A DNA stretch of 64,000 bases from positions 186,001 through 250,000 of the IMG/VR virus record IMGVR_UViG_3300017917_001342, one strand, 5' to 3'. The notes under the pieces were generated by a model. That model ran no database searches, was not told the origin of the DNA, and worked only from the letters and a program-made list of their open reading frames with translations. The stretch's first letter is position 1. Every line of letters begins with the position of its first letter. The translations under genes were made by a program, and so were the position numbers. Shown here one piece after another: positions 55,945 to 64,000 of the stretch.

Positions 55945-56484
55945 TCATGCTGCCATACGGTTAGCACCAAGAGCGTCGCTAACCTTATAGCGTTCAAACA
56001 TTTTATGTTCTTTTGTGCCAAATTCAAACGGATTTGCAGCATTAGATTCAACAGCTTTGCGCACAGTTGCCTGCATAGCACGATTGGCAGCAGCTTTGGC
56101 AGCGCGAAGTGCAGTTTTGCTAGGACCTTCTTTGAAATTGCCTTTTTGAACAATGTCAACGAACCGTTCAACAGGACGAACACCACGTGCCTGATTGCAG
56201 CGATTGCAGCTCATTGCAAAGTTTTCCCAAGTGTCAGTACCGCCTTGGCTGCGCGGTGTAACATGCTCGATAGTTGCGCTGTTGTGTTTGTTGGATTCAG
56301 GTACACAGTGCTGGCCACACCAGCAGCAACGCCAGTTTTGTGCTTCTGCAAGACGTACACGCATGTAGACCTTTTTAGCAGACATGTAAGCCAGTTTGGC
56401 CTTAAAACCTTCGCCCGGATATTGCTTTTTCCAATAAGCTTTAGTGGGCTCTTCGGTGATAACAAACGGGACTTCGAACTTCAT
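55945..56484 (-). CDS. HNH endonuclease (Zn-binding, McrA-type core)
   Basis: CCWCG...ATIEHVTPRSQGG...N...CNRCNQARG. Confidence 0.88.
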   Translation of the reverse strand: MKFEVPFVITEEPTKAYWKKQYPGEGFKAKLAYMSAKKVYMRVRLAEAQNWRCCWCGQHCVPESNKHNSATIEHVTPRSQGGTDTWENFAMSCNRCNQARGVRPVERFVDIVQKGNFKEGPSKTALRAAKAAANRAMQATVRKAVESNAANPFEFGTKEHKMFERYKVSDALGANRMAA

Positions 56485-56539
56485 GACCGGTATCCTTGTT
56501 GCTGCCTATGCGTTACACATAGCATCAACAACTTAGTTG

Positions 56540-56857
56540 TCAATCCTCAAATCGAGAATATTCCCACAATTTTACTTTGTTATGACTACCGTAGGATTCA
56601 GGTGGTAACTGATCTCGCACAAACCGTTTGATTTCCAGTATAGCTGGACGATTATGTTGGTCTGCTGCATTGTTTAGATACTCGTTATCTTTGTCAGACT
56701 CTGCATCTGCTAGCAACGAACCTAAGAAATTGCCAGGACCTATTTTGTAGTAATAGTAATATTCCAGACTATGTCTCGTATGGTCGGGAATATTATAACC
56801 TTCAAAATCTAAACCACGCAGTTTAGCATAGAGAACATGTTCGTCATACTTGCTCAT
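56540..56857 (-). CDS. Hypothetical protein
   Basis: PGNFLGSLL...AAD...N...LPPESYGS...W motif. Confidence 0.75.
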   Translation of the reverse strand: MSKYDEHVLYAKLRGLDFEGYNIPDHTRHSLEYYYYYKIGPGNFLGSLLADAESDKDNEYLNNAADQHNRPAILEIKRFVRDQLPPESYGSHNKVKLWEYSRFED

Positions 56858-57102
56858 GCCGAATCCTTTGGTGGGTGATGTGCAGGATCTAGAACTACGT
56901 GAGTGCAGGTGTTATCAATTTTAATATACCATTCGCCGTATTCCGCCAACGCTTTGGGAATATTCTCTAGCTCTCTGCGCAGGTATTCTGCTTGATCTTT
57001 CCAGAATTTCGCTTCGGCAATCAACTTTGCACGTTCTTCTGAGCGATATACTTCGCCAAAACTATCCAAATGGCAATTAGTATGTGACATTATGTAGTCC
57101 AA
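56854..57102 (-). CDS. Hypothetical protein
   Basis: Coupled overlaps; start uncertain. Confidence 0.6.
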   Translation of the reverse strand: MDYIMSHTNCHLDSFGEVYRSEERAKLIAEAKFWKDQAEYLRRELENIPKALAEYGEWYIKIDNTCTHVVLDPAHHPPKDSA

Positions 57103-57404
57103 TCCTTTGATAATTCATGAAACATGCGTTTTTGATCTCTAAGACTGCGTAGTTCTTGAACAGCATGTGCTTCGAAAACTACCGGAACAAATACTGCAAC
57201 ACAATTGTCATGACCCAATCGTGTGAGCATATTATCTACAACAGCACGATCTGGATTGCATTGTGGTTTAACATCACCCATAGTCATACCGTACCACCAC
57301 ATAAGACCTTTGTCCTTGTCGCAGAGCCACCAATAGTTGACCCATGCGTGTCCTGTCATAGGCTTAGCAGCAACATCAATTGGTACATAGAGCATAGTTG
57401 GCAT
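57090..57404 (-). CDS. Hypothetical protein
   Basis: Trp-rich, PQCN motif; tight packing. Confidence 0.7.
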   Translation of the reverse strand: MPTMLYVPIDVAAKPMTGHAWVNYWWLCDKDKGLMWWYGMTMGDVKPQCNPDRAVVDNMLTRLGHDNCVAVFVPVVFEAHAVQELRSLRDQKRMFHELSKDWTT

Positions 57405-57406
57405 GA

Positions 57407-57988
57407 TTAATAGAACACGTTGCGAATAAAGATCTCAGCATCGTGTAGTTCTGGAATCGCAGCGATGAGATTGCGTTTGCAAACTTCGATACGGTCAAAG
57501 AACTCTTTGTTCAGTACTACTGCATTGTCAAGCCCACCATGCGGGTTGTCCATATCAAGAATAGCAGGGCAGTATCGACCGCTGAGATTTACACCAATAG
57601 AGAAGTTGGCTTTTTCGTCGCCCAATTCAACTGGATCGTATATAGCTTTGACATACCAAACTCGTGCAATCCTAGAACCCCAAGGCGATTTAACACCTAC
57701 ATGCTCATTGCTTTTAGCATAGGATTTTGGTTCTACAATCTTACCAGTTTCCCAGTTGAAATCGCTCAGTGTGCTAATAAATGCATTGCGTAACACTGTG
57801 TCATAACGAGTGCCAGGGTCAAAGTCGTAGCTAGCATAACGATCGCTGTCATTTACAGCTAAAAATTCATCGTAGTCTACAACAGTATCGTTATCAAGAT
57901 TTACAATATCAATACCAACACGCTTTGCAAACTCAAACGCACGTTCAGCATTAGGGTAACCAAAGTGAATTTCTCTATCAACAGGCAT
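57407..57988 (-). CDS. Hypothetical protein
   Basis: 193-aa ORF, tight packing. Confidence 0.75.
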   Translation of the reverse strand: MPVDREIHFGYPNAERAFEFAKRVGIDIVNLDNDTVVDYDEFLAVNDSDRYASYDFDPGTRYDTVLRNAFISTLSDFNWETGKIVEPKSYAKSNEHVGVKSPWGSRIARVWYVKAIYDPVELGDEKANFSIGVNLSGRYCPAILDMDNPHGGLDNAVVLNKEFFDRIEVCKRNLIAAIPELHDAEIFIRNVFY

Positions 57989-57990
57989 GA

Positions 57991-58203
57991 TTAATTTCCA
58001 AATTCTTTCATCACGGTGTAGAGTTTTTCAGTTAGTTCACGTTTAACTCGTGCTGCTGCTACATGATCTTGCACGTTGCTGACATGCGGATCAACAGTCA
58101 GCACACCACGCAGCATGCGAATTGCGTTGATAAGCAGTTCTGCATCATCTTCACGAATGTCTCGATCGAGTACCACAGTGAGTGCATTATAACGGTCAGT
58201 CAT
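57991..58203 (-). CDS. Small hypothetical protein
   Basis: MTDRYNALTVVLDRDIREDDAE...GVLTV. Confidence 0.75.
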   Translation of the reverse strand: MTDRYNALTVVLDRDIREDDAELLINAIRMLRGVLTVDPHVSNVQDHVAAARVKRELTEKLYTVMKEFGN

Positions 58204-58393
58204 TTTCAAAACCCTTGTAAGATTCAGTTAACGTTACTTTCATTGCTTCTACTTCAACTGCGATCTGTTCGCCACTAGATGCTTCAATAAAATGAATATC
58301 GTCTAGCGCAACATCGACACCATTGGCTGTAAAATATTGATGTACTGCCTGTCGAACTTCGTCGTCGTCAAGAAAGATGTGTATAGCTGCCAT
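58196..58393 (-). CDS. Small hypothetical protein
   Basis: 65 aa, tight packing. Confidence 0.65.
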   Translation of the reverse strand: MAAIHIFLDDDEVRQAVHQYFTANGVDVALDDIHFIEASSGEQIAVEVEAMKVTLTESYKGFEND

Positions 58394-58396
58394 TTT

Positions 58397-59227
58397 TCAC
58401 GCTTTCAATGCTGCAAGGAAAACATATGGCACCATGTCTTCTCTGTCAAGCTCTTTATCAGTAGCATGGTCATAATGCACTGCCCAAATGCCTCGTTCTC
58501 GATTGGGCTTTTCATACTCGTCATACTGTACCCACTCTGGAATATAGTCATCATCAGTTGCGTCTTCTGCTTCTTTAACCAGACCATAGCGAACACGCAG
58601 GCTAGCTTTGACATTGCCAAGGTTGGCAAATCGCTTGTCGACAAATGCATTGCCGTCATTGTCTTCAATCTTCCAATAGGTCTTGGCTTTGCCAGCTGAG
58701 ACCAGTTTGAGGTATGCGCTGGCTTCCTTAGCCGGAATGAACGCACCTCTGATCATCTTGCCGCCTTGATATGTACGTGTAGACAAAATCTCCAATCCCG
58801 GTGCCATTTCAGCTACAATGCATTTCTCTTGGGGTTTGTACCAAGCAAGTCGCATTTTTTGATCGATGATTTTAACACGAGTGCCAGCAGGAACGGTATG
58901 TTCTTTAGTACCGTCGTCAACCCAGCCGTTGAATGTCCAGTCGCGTTCAAATTCCCACTCGCTGCCTTTTACAGCAAGAGTCACAAATTCTTTTTTCATA
59001 GCAGGGATCTTGACTTCGGTAAATGCAGTTTTAGCGTCTACAAATCGCCATGTATAACCGTTATAGGTTACAGCCCAGACATAGCCACCTTTGTGATATT
59101 CTTCATATACATTGTAGCGAAGTTTTGTATCAGCATCGGTAAATTTGTGAGTTTTACCTTCGTTGCGCCATCCAGTACCGTGAACCACAGTACCTGGTTT
59201 AATCATTGCCCATTTAGACTTAGCCAT
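58397..59227 (-). CDS. Hypothetical protein
   Basis: 276-aa ORF, GGAG RBS. Confidence 0.8.
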   Translation of the reverse strand: MAKSKWAMIKPGTVVHGTGWRNEGKTHKFTDADTKLRYNVYEEYHKGGYVWAVTYNGYTWRFVDAKTAFTEVKIPAMKKEFVTLAVKGSEWEFERDWTFNGWVDDGTKEHTVPAGTRVKIIDQKMRLAWYKPQEKCIVAEMAPGLEILSTRTYQGGKMIRGAFIPAKEASAYLKLVSAGKAKTYWKIEDNDGNAFVDKRFANLGNVKASLRVRYGLVKEAEDATDDDYIPEWVQYDEYEKPNRERGIWAVHYDHATDKELDREDMVPYVFLAALKA

Positions 59228-59230
59228 GTC

Positions 59231-59470
59231 TTACTCCGTTGAGTCAGCAAAAACAATTCCGTAGGAATTAAGAAGTTTCCATTTATTTGGGTAAAATACA
59301 CCAGTGTATTTAGAAATAGATACAGTGCCTGTAATACCATAGTTTCCTAAATACTTTATTACACTTATAAATTTGCCGGAAAGATATAACGTTTTATTTT
59401 CAGTTGTAACAACGTAATTATTATAGTTGTTATCCCAATCTTGTTTATCAAAATTAATAGACAACAGCAT
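59231..59470 (-). CDS. AT-rich small hypothetical protein
   Basis: GAGG RBS before ATG 59470. Confidence 0.6.
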   Translation of the reverse strand: MLLSINFDKQDWDNNYNNYVVTTENKTLYLSGKFISVIKYLGNYGITGTVSISKYTGVFYPNKWKLLNSYGIVFADSTE

Positions 59471-59481
59471 ATGTATTCCTC

Positions 59482-59658
59482 TCAAGGATCATAGTAAAAA
59501 TCTGGATTTCGACATTCTTCGAGACCTTGTGCAAAGTCCCAGTTGTCTTGCTCAACTGCTGCCCAATATTGACGCCAAAGATCATCGGTAGCAGAGTAAT
59601 AATCTCCGCTGTACGTTCGACCGCGACGATATTTTTTATCGTCGTTATTGACTTGCAT
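59482..59658 (-). CDS. Small hypothetical protein, 58 aa (not in the ORF track)
   Basis: MQVNNDDKKYRRG...PDFYYDP* fills the gap; AAGGT RBS. Confidence 0.55.
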   Translation of the reverse strand: MQVNNDDKKYRRGRTYSGDYYSATDDLWRQYWAAVEQDNWDFAQGLEECRNPDFYYDP

Positions 59659-59968
59659 TTGCTAGCACCTTTTCATTGTGCAGTGCAAGAAACTCTTTGA
59701 TCTTAGGCAGAAGATATGTGTCTCGAACACGTTCCACAACACACATACTGCCATTGTGCATTTCTTCCCATTGACGACACTTGCGGCCGTAGATGTCCAG
59801 CATGTCATGGAACAGATACAGATTGTATGCTTCTGAACGTGTGTTATCGTATTCAAAGAACCAAAACTTTGCCAGATCTTCTTTTTTCATATGTGCAAGT
59901 TCGTCGCGAGCTCGCATTAGGATGCCGGAGAAGACATCCTCTAGGACTTCTTTATCAATTTCAGTCAT
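59645..59968 (-). CDS. Hypothetical protein
   Basis: CAGGA RBS, 107 aa. Confidence 0.7.
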   Translation of the reverse strand: MTEIDKEVLEDVFSGILMRARDELAHMKKEDLAKFWFFEYDNTRSEAYNLYLFHDMLDIYGRKCRQWEEMHNGSMCVVERVRDTYLLPKIKEFLALHNEKVLANASQ

Positions 59969-59980
59969 TTTATGATCCTG

Positions 59981-60325
59981 TTATGCCATTTCGTAACCAG
60001 CAGTTGCCCACTTTTCAACAAAGTCCTTTTCGGCATCAAACGACACATAGTCGTCGCCCTGCATACCCTGTTCGCTGTAGTAGAACTCATTGCTGAGACC
60101 CATTGCAACCAGCTTTTTAACTAGTGCTTTGTGGAAACCACTGTCTGTATAAATTAGACCATGTTCGCGAATGTTCCAACCGCGAGTATCAAAGTACACC
60201 CGCAGTTCACCGTAATCATTGCCGTCGTAGCAAACCAGTTCAAGACCAGTTACTTTGACAGCTTTCGCAACGCCGCTCCAATGACCGTCACCGGCCGTAT
60301 TGATCACGAAGTTGACAGTTTTCAT
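59981..60325 (-). CDS. Hypothetical early protein
   Basis: GELRVYF...GLIYTD...YSEQGMQG; first gene behind the promoter at 60361-60388. Confidence 0.8.
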   Translation of the reverse strand: MKTVNFVINTAGDGHWSGVAKAVKVTGLELVCYDGNDYGELRVYFDTRGWNIREHGLIYTDSGFHKALVKKLVAMGLSNEFYYSEQGMQGDDYVSFDAEKDFVEKWATAGYEMA

Positions 60326-60414
60326 TTTTTAGAAGTCCTCTTGGTTGAATAACTATACTGAACATAACATTTGTTGCAGCGTTGTCAACCACTTTACTGC
60401 TAAAATTTATAAAA

Positions 60415-60420
60415 TAAATA
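60415..60420 (+). promoter_or_regulatory. Late-type promoter TAAATA for the fibre genes
   Basis: AATAAATAC, 24 nt upstream of ATG 60445. Confidence 0.65.
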
Positions 60421-60444
60421 CAAGCTATAACATGGTATAAATCA

Positions 60445-62298
60445 ATGCGGGTACAAGGTAATAAGAACTATGGTGTGGATAGCAACGTCTATGTTGGCTA
60501 TCAAGGTGAACTCACCGTAGATCCCAACACACTCGCAGTTAGAGTTCACGACGGTGTAACGCCTGGCGGTTTGCCAATTGTAGGTATAACTGGTCCAACT
60601 GGCGGTTTAGGCGGTCCTACGGGACCAACAGGTACAGCATCTACAGTGCCAGGTCCTACTGGTCCTGCTAGTATAGTTACTGGACCAACTGGTCCGGGTG
60701 TTGGTGCTACAGGTCCAAGCGGTTTTACAGGTCCAACAGGTCCAACAGGTTCTCCTAGTATAATAACTGGCCCCACTGGTGCACCCGGTATAGCATCTAG
60801 AACTGGTGCCACAGGTCCAACTGGCCCATTAGGCGGTCCTACTGGTCCTACTGGTGCAGAAGGTCCACAAGGCCCTGCAGGCGGTCCTACTGGTCCAACA
60901 GGATTGAGAGGTGCAACTGGTACCACTGGTGCAATAGGACCTACTGGATATACTGGTGCAATAGGTCCAACTGGTGCACCAAGCACAGTTCAAGGCCCTA
61001 CTGGACACACTGGTCCAGCTAGTACAATAACTGGTCCAACTGGCCCATTAGGTGGTCCTACAGGACCTACTGGTGTAGCCGGTACAGCAACAAACACTGG
61101 TGCTACAGGACCTACAGGTGATCAAGGTCCTACAGGCGCAACTGGTGAACCTGGTACTGCTGCTAATACAGGTGCTACAGGTGCTACGGGTCCAACTGGA
61201 CCGTTAGGAGGCCCAACGGGCCCGGCTGGTTCTAGTGGACCTACTGGTATTAGGGGTGCAACAGGTCCAACTGGACCGTTAGGAGTAGGACAAACAGGTG
61301 CTACTGGTCCTACCGGTATTCAAGGTGATTTAGGTTTAACTGGTCCTACTGGACACACAGGTCCCATAGGCGCTGCTAGTACTGTAACTGGTCCCACTGG
61401 TCCTTTAGGGGGTCCTACAGGTCCTACAGGAGCAGCAAGCGTAATCACAGGTCCTATAGGTGATGCAGGGCCTACCGGTCCAACTGGTGCCCCTGGCACA
61501 GCAGCAAATACAGGTGCAACAGGTCCTACAGGAGATTTGGGCCCAACTGGTCCAACAGGCGCTCCGGGCACTGCTGCGAACACTGGTGCAACAGGTGCAA
61601 CAGGTCCTGCTGGTAATCCTGGTGGCCCAACTGGCCCAACTGGATTAAGAGGTTTCACTGGTCCAACTGGTGTTGCAGGTGTATCAGGTGATATAGGCCC
61701 AACTGGTCCAACTGGTGTAATGGGGGAACTTGGTCCAACAGGTGCTACAGGACGTACTGGTCCAGCAAGTACTGTTACTGGTCCAACTGGTTTTACTGGC
61801 CCGACTGGCCCGACAATTTTATCTACTCAACGCACATTAGCAAGACGTAATAACGCAACTCAAACTATCGCTACTAACACAGAAACCGTAGTGGTATTTG
61901 ACACTGCTGATACTAGTCAAGGACAATCGCCTGTATACATTAATAATTTCAATCTAAACTATGACGGTGTTACCAACATAGGTAGGTTTACTTACACTGG
62001 TGTTGATACTGTTACTTTAGTAATAACATGGCAGATCGGTTGGCAATTTGTAGGCGGCGGTGTACGTTCAACATGGCTAACTGTAAACGGTGATATTGGC
62101 AACAGATATGGTTATAGTACTGTTAACAGTACCGCAGTTGCAACTTTCCAATCTCCTAACACAGTGATATTGTTAAGTAATAATGATTATTTTGAAATCT
62201 ACTGTTATCAAACTGCCACTAGCAGTGTTACACTTGGTGGTAACATAGGTAATACTACAGGTAATCGCAGTGTTCGCATACAAGTTACACAGATATAA
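60445..62298 (+). CDS. Collagen-like fibre protein (Mtd_N-like anchor, G-P-T triple-helix repeats, C1q/TNF-like head)
   Basis: GELTVD...VHDGVTPGG; about 400 aa of interrupted G-X-T; C-terminal VVFDT...[13 protein letters not shown]. Confidence 0.85.
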   Translation: MRVQGNKNYGVDSNVYVGYQGELTVDPNTLAVRVHDGVTPGGLPIVGITGPTGGLGGPTGPTGTASTVPGPTGPASIVTGPTGPGVGATGPSGFTGPTGPTGSPSIITGPTGAPGIASRTGATGPTGPLGGPTGPTGAEGPQGPAGGPTGPTGLRGATGTTGAIGPTGYTGAIGPTGAPSTVQGPTGHTGPASTITGPTGPLGGPTGPTGVAGTATNTGATGPTGDQGPTGATGEPGTAANTGATGATGPTGPLGGPTGPAGSSGPTGIRGATGPTGPLGVGQTGATGPTGIQGDLGLTGPTGHTGPIGAASTVTGPTGPLGGPTGPTGAASVITGPIGDAGPTGPTGAPGTAANTGATGPTGDLGPTGPTGAPGTAANTGATGATGPAGNPGGPTGPTGLRGFTGPTGVAGVSGDIGPTGPTGVMGELGPTGATGRTGPASTVTGPTGFTGPTGPTILSTQRTLARRNNATQTIATNTETVVVFDTADTSQGQSPVYINNFNLNYDGVTNIGRFTYTGVDTVTLVITWQIGWQFVGGGVRSTWLTVNGDIGNRYGYSTVNSTAVATFQSPNTVILLSNNDYFEIYCYQTATSSVTLGGNIGNTTGNRSVRIQVTQI

Positions 62299-62310
62299 GG
62301 CTTATAGTTT

Positions 62311-64000
62311 ATGGTATACCAACTTATAACAGGACCAACTGGCTATACTGGCCCAACAGGTGTACCCGGTACTGCTGCAAACACTGGAGCACAAGGTGAT
62401 CCTGGTCCAACTGGCCCAACTGGTTTACGAGGTATAACTGGACCTACAGGTCCGTTAGGTGGTCCAACTGGTCCGCAAGGCGGTCAAGGTGTTAAAGGCG
62501 ATACTGGACCGACCGGCCCGGCAGGCAATGATGGTGTAACAGGTCCGCAAGGTGAACCGGGCACTGCTGCAAACACTGGACCTCAAGGCGATGCTGGACC
62601 AACTGGTCCTACAGGGTTGCGTGGTACTACAGGTCCTACTGGACCGTTAGGTGGTCCAACTGGTCCACAAGGTACAAGAGGAGTTACAGGTCCTCAGGGA
62701 TTAACTGGTGCAACTGGTGCAACTGGTAATATAGGTCCTACAGGGCCGTTAGGTGGTCCTACTGGTCCGCAAGGATTGCAGGGTGCAACTGGGCCTAGAG
62801 GATTTCAAGGATATACTGGGCCTACTGGATTAGGATATACAGGTGCAACTGGCTCAACCGGACCTATAGGATTAACGGGTCCTATTGGTAACACAGGTCC
62901 AACTGGTTATACAGGATTGCAAGGAACTACTGGCCCAACTGGCCCATTGGGCGGTCCTACAGGTCCAACTGGTACCATTGGTGATATAGGTCCAACCGGC
63001 CCAACCGGTAATGCTGGTTATACAGGCCCTACTGGTAATATTGGCCCTACTGGTGCAGCAAGCACAGTAACAGGCCCTACTGGATATACAGGCGTTACTG
63101 GACCAGCTGGTGCTGATGGTATTACTGGTTCAACTGGCCCAACAGGTGCCGCAAGTACAGTAACAGGCCCAACTGGATATACAGGTGTTACAGGTCCAGC
63201 TGGTGCAGATAGTGTAATTACTGGTCCAACTGGTGCAAATGGAAATAACGGAGCAACAGGTCCTACAGGTGCAAATGGCACTAACGGAGCAACTGGACCG
63301 ACTGGCGCAAACGGAATTAACGGATCAACTGGTCCTACAGGTGCAAATGGCACTAATGGAGCAACAGGCCCAACTGGTGCAAGCGGAGCAGATAGTACAG
63401 TAACAGGCCCTACTGGTGCTACAGGTGCAAATGGCACTAATGGAGCAACAGGCCCAACTGGTGCAAATGGCACTAATGGAGCAACAGGCCCAACTGGTGC
63501 AAGCGGAGCAGATAGTACAGTAACAGGCCCTACTGGTGCTACAGGTGCAAATGGAACTAATGGAGCAACGGGACCAACTGGTGCAGCAAGCACAGTAACA
63601 GGACCAACAGGCTATACAGGTGTTACAGGTCCAACAGGTACTAACAACCCATTTAACCAATCTCTTAATACAAGTGATGCAGTTGAATTTGCAAATTTAA
63701 TTGTTACAGGCAATGCACTTGTATTAACTAATCTTAATGTAAACGGCAATATTACTCTAAGCGGTAATGTTACACAAATATCCGGTAACAGTGGTCAATT
63801 TTTTGGTGATGTAAATGGTATAGGTGCACTGTATGCAGGTATATCGGTTGGCTATAGCACTGTTGTAAATCCTGTAATACAAAGTTCAGCTAGTATCGCA
63901 AATTATGTACAAAACAATTTCCAAAACATTAACAGTAGCAATATTGCATCAGCAGATTTAGTTGTTACAGCGGATAATGGTACTGATACTACACATTATA
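62311..64000 (+). CDS. Second collagen-like fibre protein (runs off the window end)
   Basis: [17 protein letters not shown]..., G-X-T repeats to about 63640, then NPFNQSLNT... beta-rich domain; no stop seen. Confidence 0.85.
   Translation, partial: MVYQLITGPTGYTGPTGVPGTAANTGAQGDPGPTGPTGLRGITGPTGPLGGPTGPQGGQGVKGDTGPTGPAGNDGVTGPQGEPGTAANTGPQGDAGPTGPTGLRGTTGPTGPLGGPTGPQGTRGVTGPQGLTGATGATGNIGPTGPLGGPTGPQGLQGATGPRGFQGYTGPTGLGYTGATGSTGPIGLTGPIGNTGPTGYTGLQGTTGPTGPLGGPTGPTGTIGDIGPTGPTGNAGYTGPTGNIGPTGAASTVTGPTGYTGVTGPAGADGITGSTGPTGAASTVTGPTGYTGVTGPAGADSVITGPTGANGNNGATGPTGANGTNGATGPTGANGINGSTGPTGANGTNGATGPTGASGADSTVTGPTGATGANGTNGATGPTGANGTNGATGPTGASGADSTVTGPTGATGANGTNGATGPTGAASTVTGPTGYTGVTGPTGTNNPFNQSLNTSDAVEFANLIVTGNALVLTNLNVNGNITLSGNVTQISGNSGQFFGDVNGIGALYAGISVGYSTVVNPVIQSSASIANYVQNNFQNINSSNIASADLVVTADNGTDTTHY
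63340..63554 (+). repeat. 95-nt exact direct repeat with 120-nt period in the collagen region
   Basis: 63340-63434 is identical to 63460-63554. Confidence 0.9.

Larger units (their letters stand above)
44062..60388 (-). promoter_or_regulatory. Array of about 12 sigma70-type early promoters
   Basis: -35 boxes TTGAC(A/C) at 44084, 46149, 46408, 46872, 48891, 49783, 51962, 53973, 54348, 56538, 60383 and TTGCAT at 55400; 16-17 nt spacers; mostly TG(C/T)TA-type -10. Confidence 0.85.

Noticed and set aside
55945-56484. HNH gene as a mobile intron or homing element
   Set aside because: Free-standing with its own promoter, not interrupting any gene, and no flanking intron structure seen
43478-60352. 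Long + strand ORFs in the early region (e.g. 45415..46143, 46085..46813, 49098..49766, 56005..56631)
   Set aside because: Antisense shadows of well-supported minus-strand genes; no RBS, promoters or recognisable motifs
60546-63660. Minus-strand PVGPV-repeat ORFs
   Set aside because: Reverse-complement reading of the collagen G-P-T codons
60445-64000. Diversity-generating retroelement suggested by the Mtd_N-like domain
   Set aside because: No reverse transcriptase and no template/variable repeat pair differing at adenines in the window; Mtd_N is only an anchor domain
1-64000. Stop-codon reassignment, as in some large phages
   Set aside because: Long genes are intact in the standard code, coding density is high, and TAA, TGA and TAG all terminate genes

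Overview
A 64-kb piece of a large lytic dsDNA phage with T4-like features: family-B DNA polymerase, probable sliding clamp, TAAATA late-promoter motif and collagen-like fibres. It reads in the standard genetic code, and I saw no tRNA, CRISPR array or integrase. Layout: (1) 1-7.8 kb has a ClpB-like ATPase with a degenerate first ATPase site, a PnuC+NadR NAD-salvage pair, a T7 gp0.7-like protein kinase and a lipoprotein pair. (2) 7.9-37 kb is a + strand block driven by late-type promoters. (3) 37-42.6 kb is a replication cluster. (4) 42.7-60.3 kb is a minus-strand array of small early genes with about 12 sigma70-type promoters. (5) 60.4-64 kb has two collagen-like fibre genes. Block 2 is the main discovery candidate. 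Most of its ORFs start with a leader resembling the T4 capsid-targeting sequence. They read as polyproteins in which unrelated effector domains are separated by [ILV]-x-E motifs, the T4 prohead-protease consensus. The domains include an ADP-ribosyltransferase, two GNATs, an MNT nucleotidyltransferase, a ParB-like domain, a lone HsdS-type TRD, a zincin, an HxGH nucleotidyltransferase and small basic peptides. Eleven ORFs also carry 32 copies (my count) of an unassigned ~50-aa helical 'WPEL' module, which usually sits at the C-terminus of a predicted cleavage product. I infer a virion-packaged, protease-matured arsenal injected with the DNA. All family assignments come from recognising motifs by eye; no searches were run.
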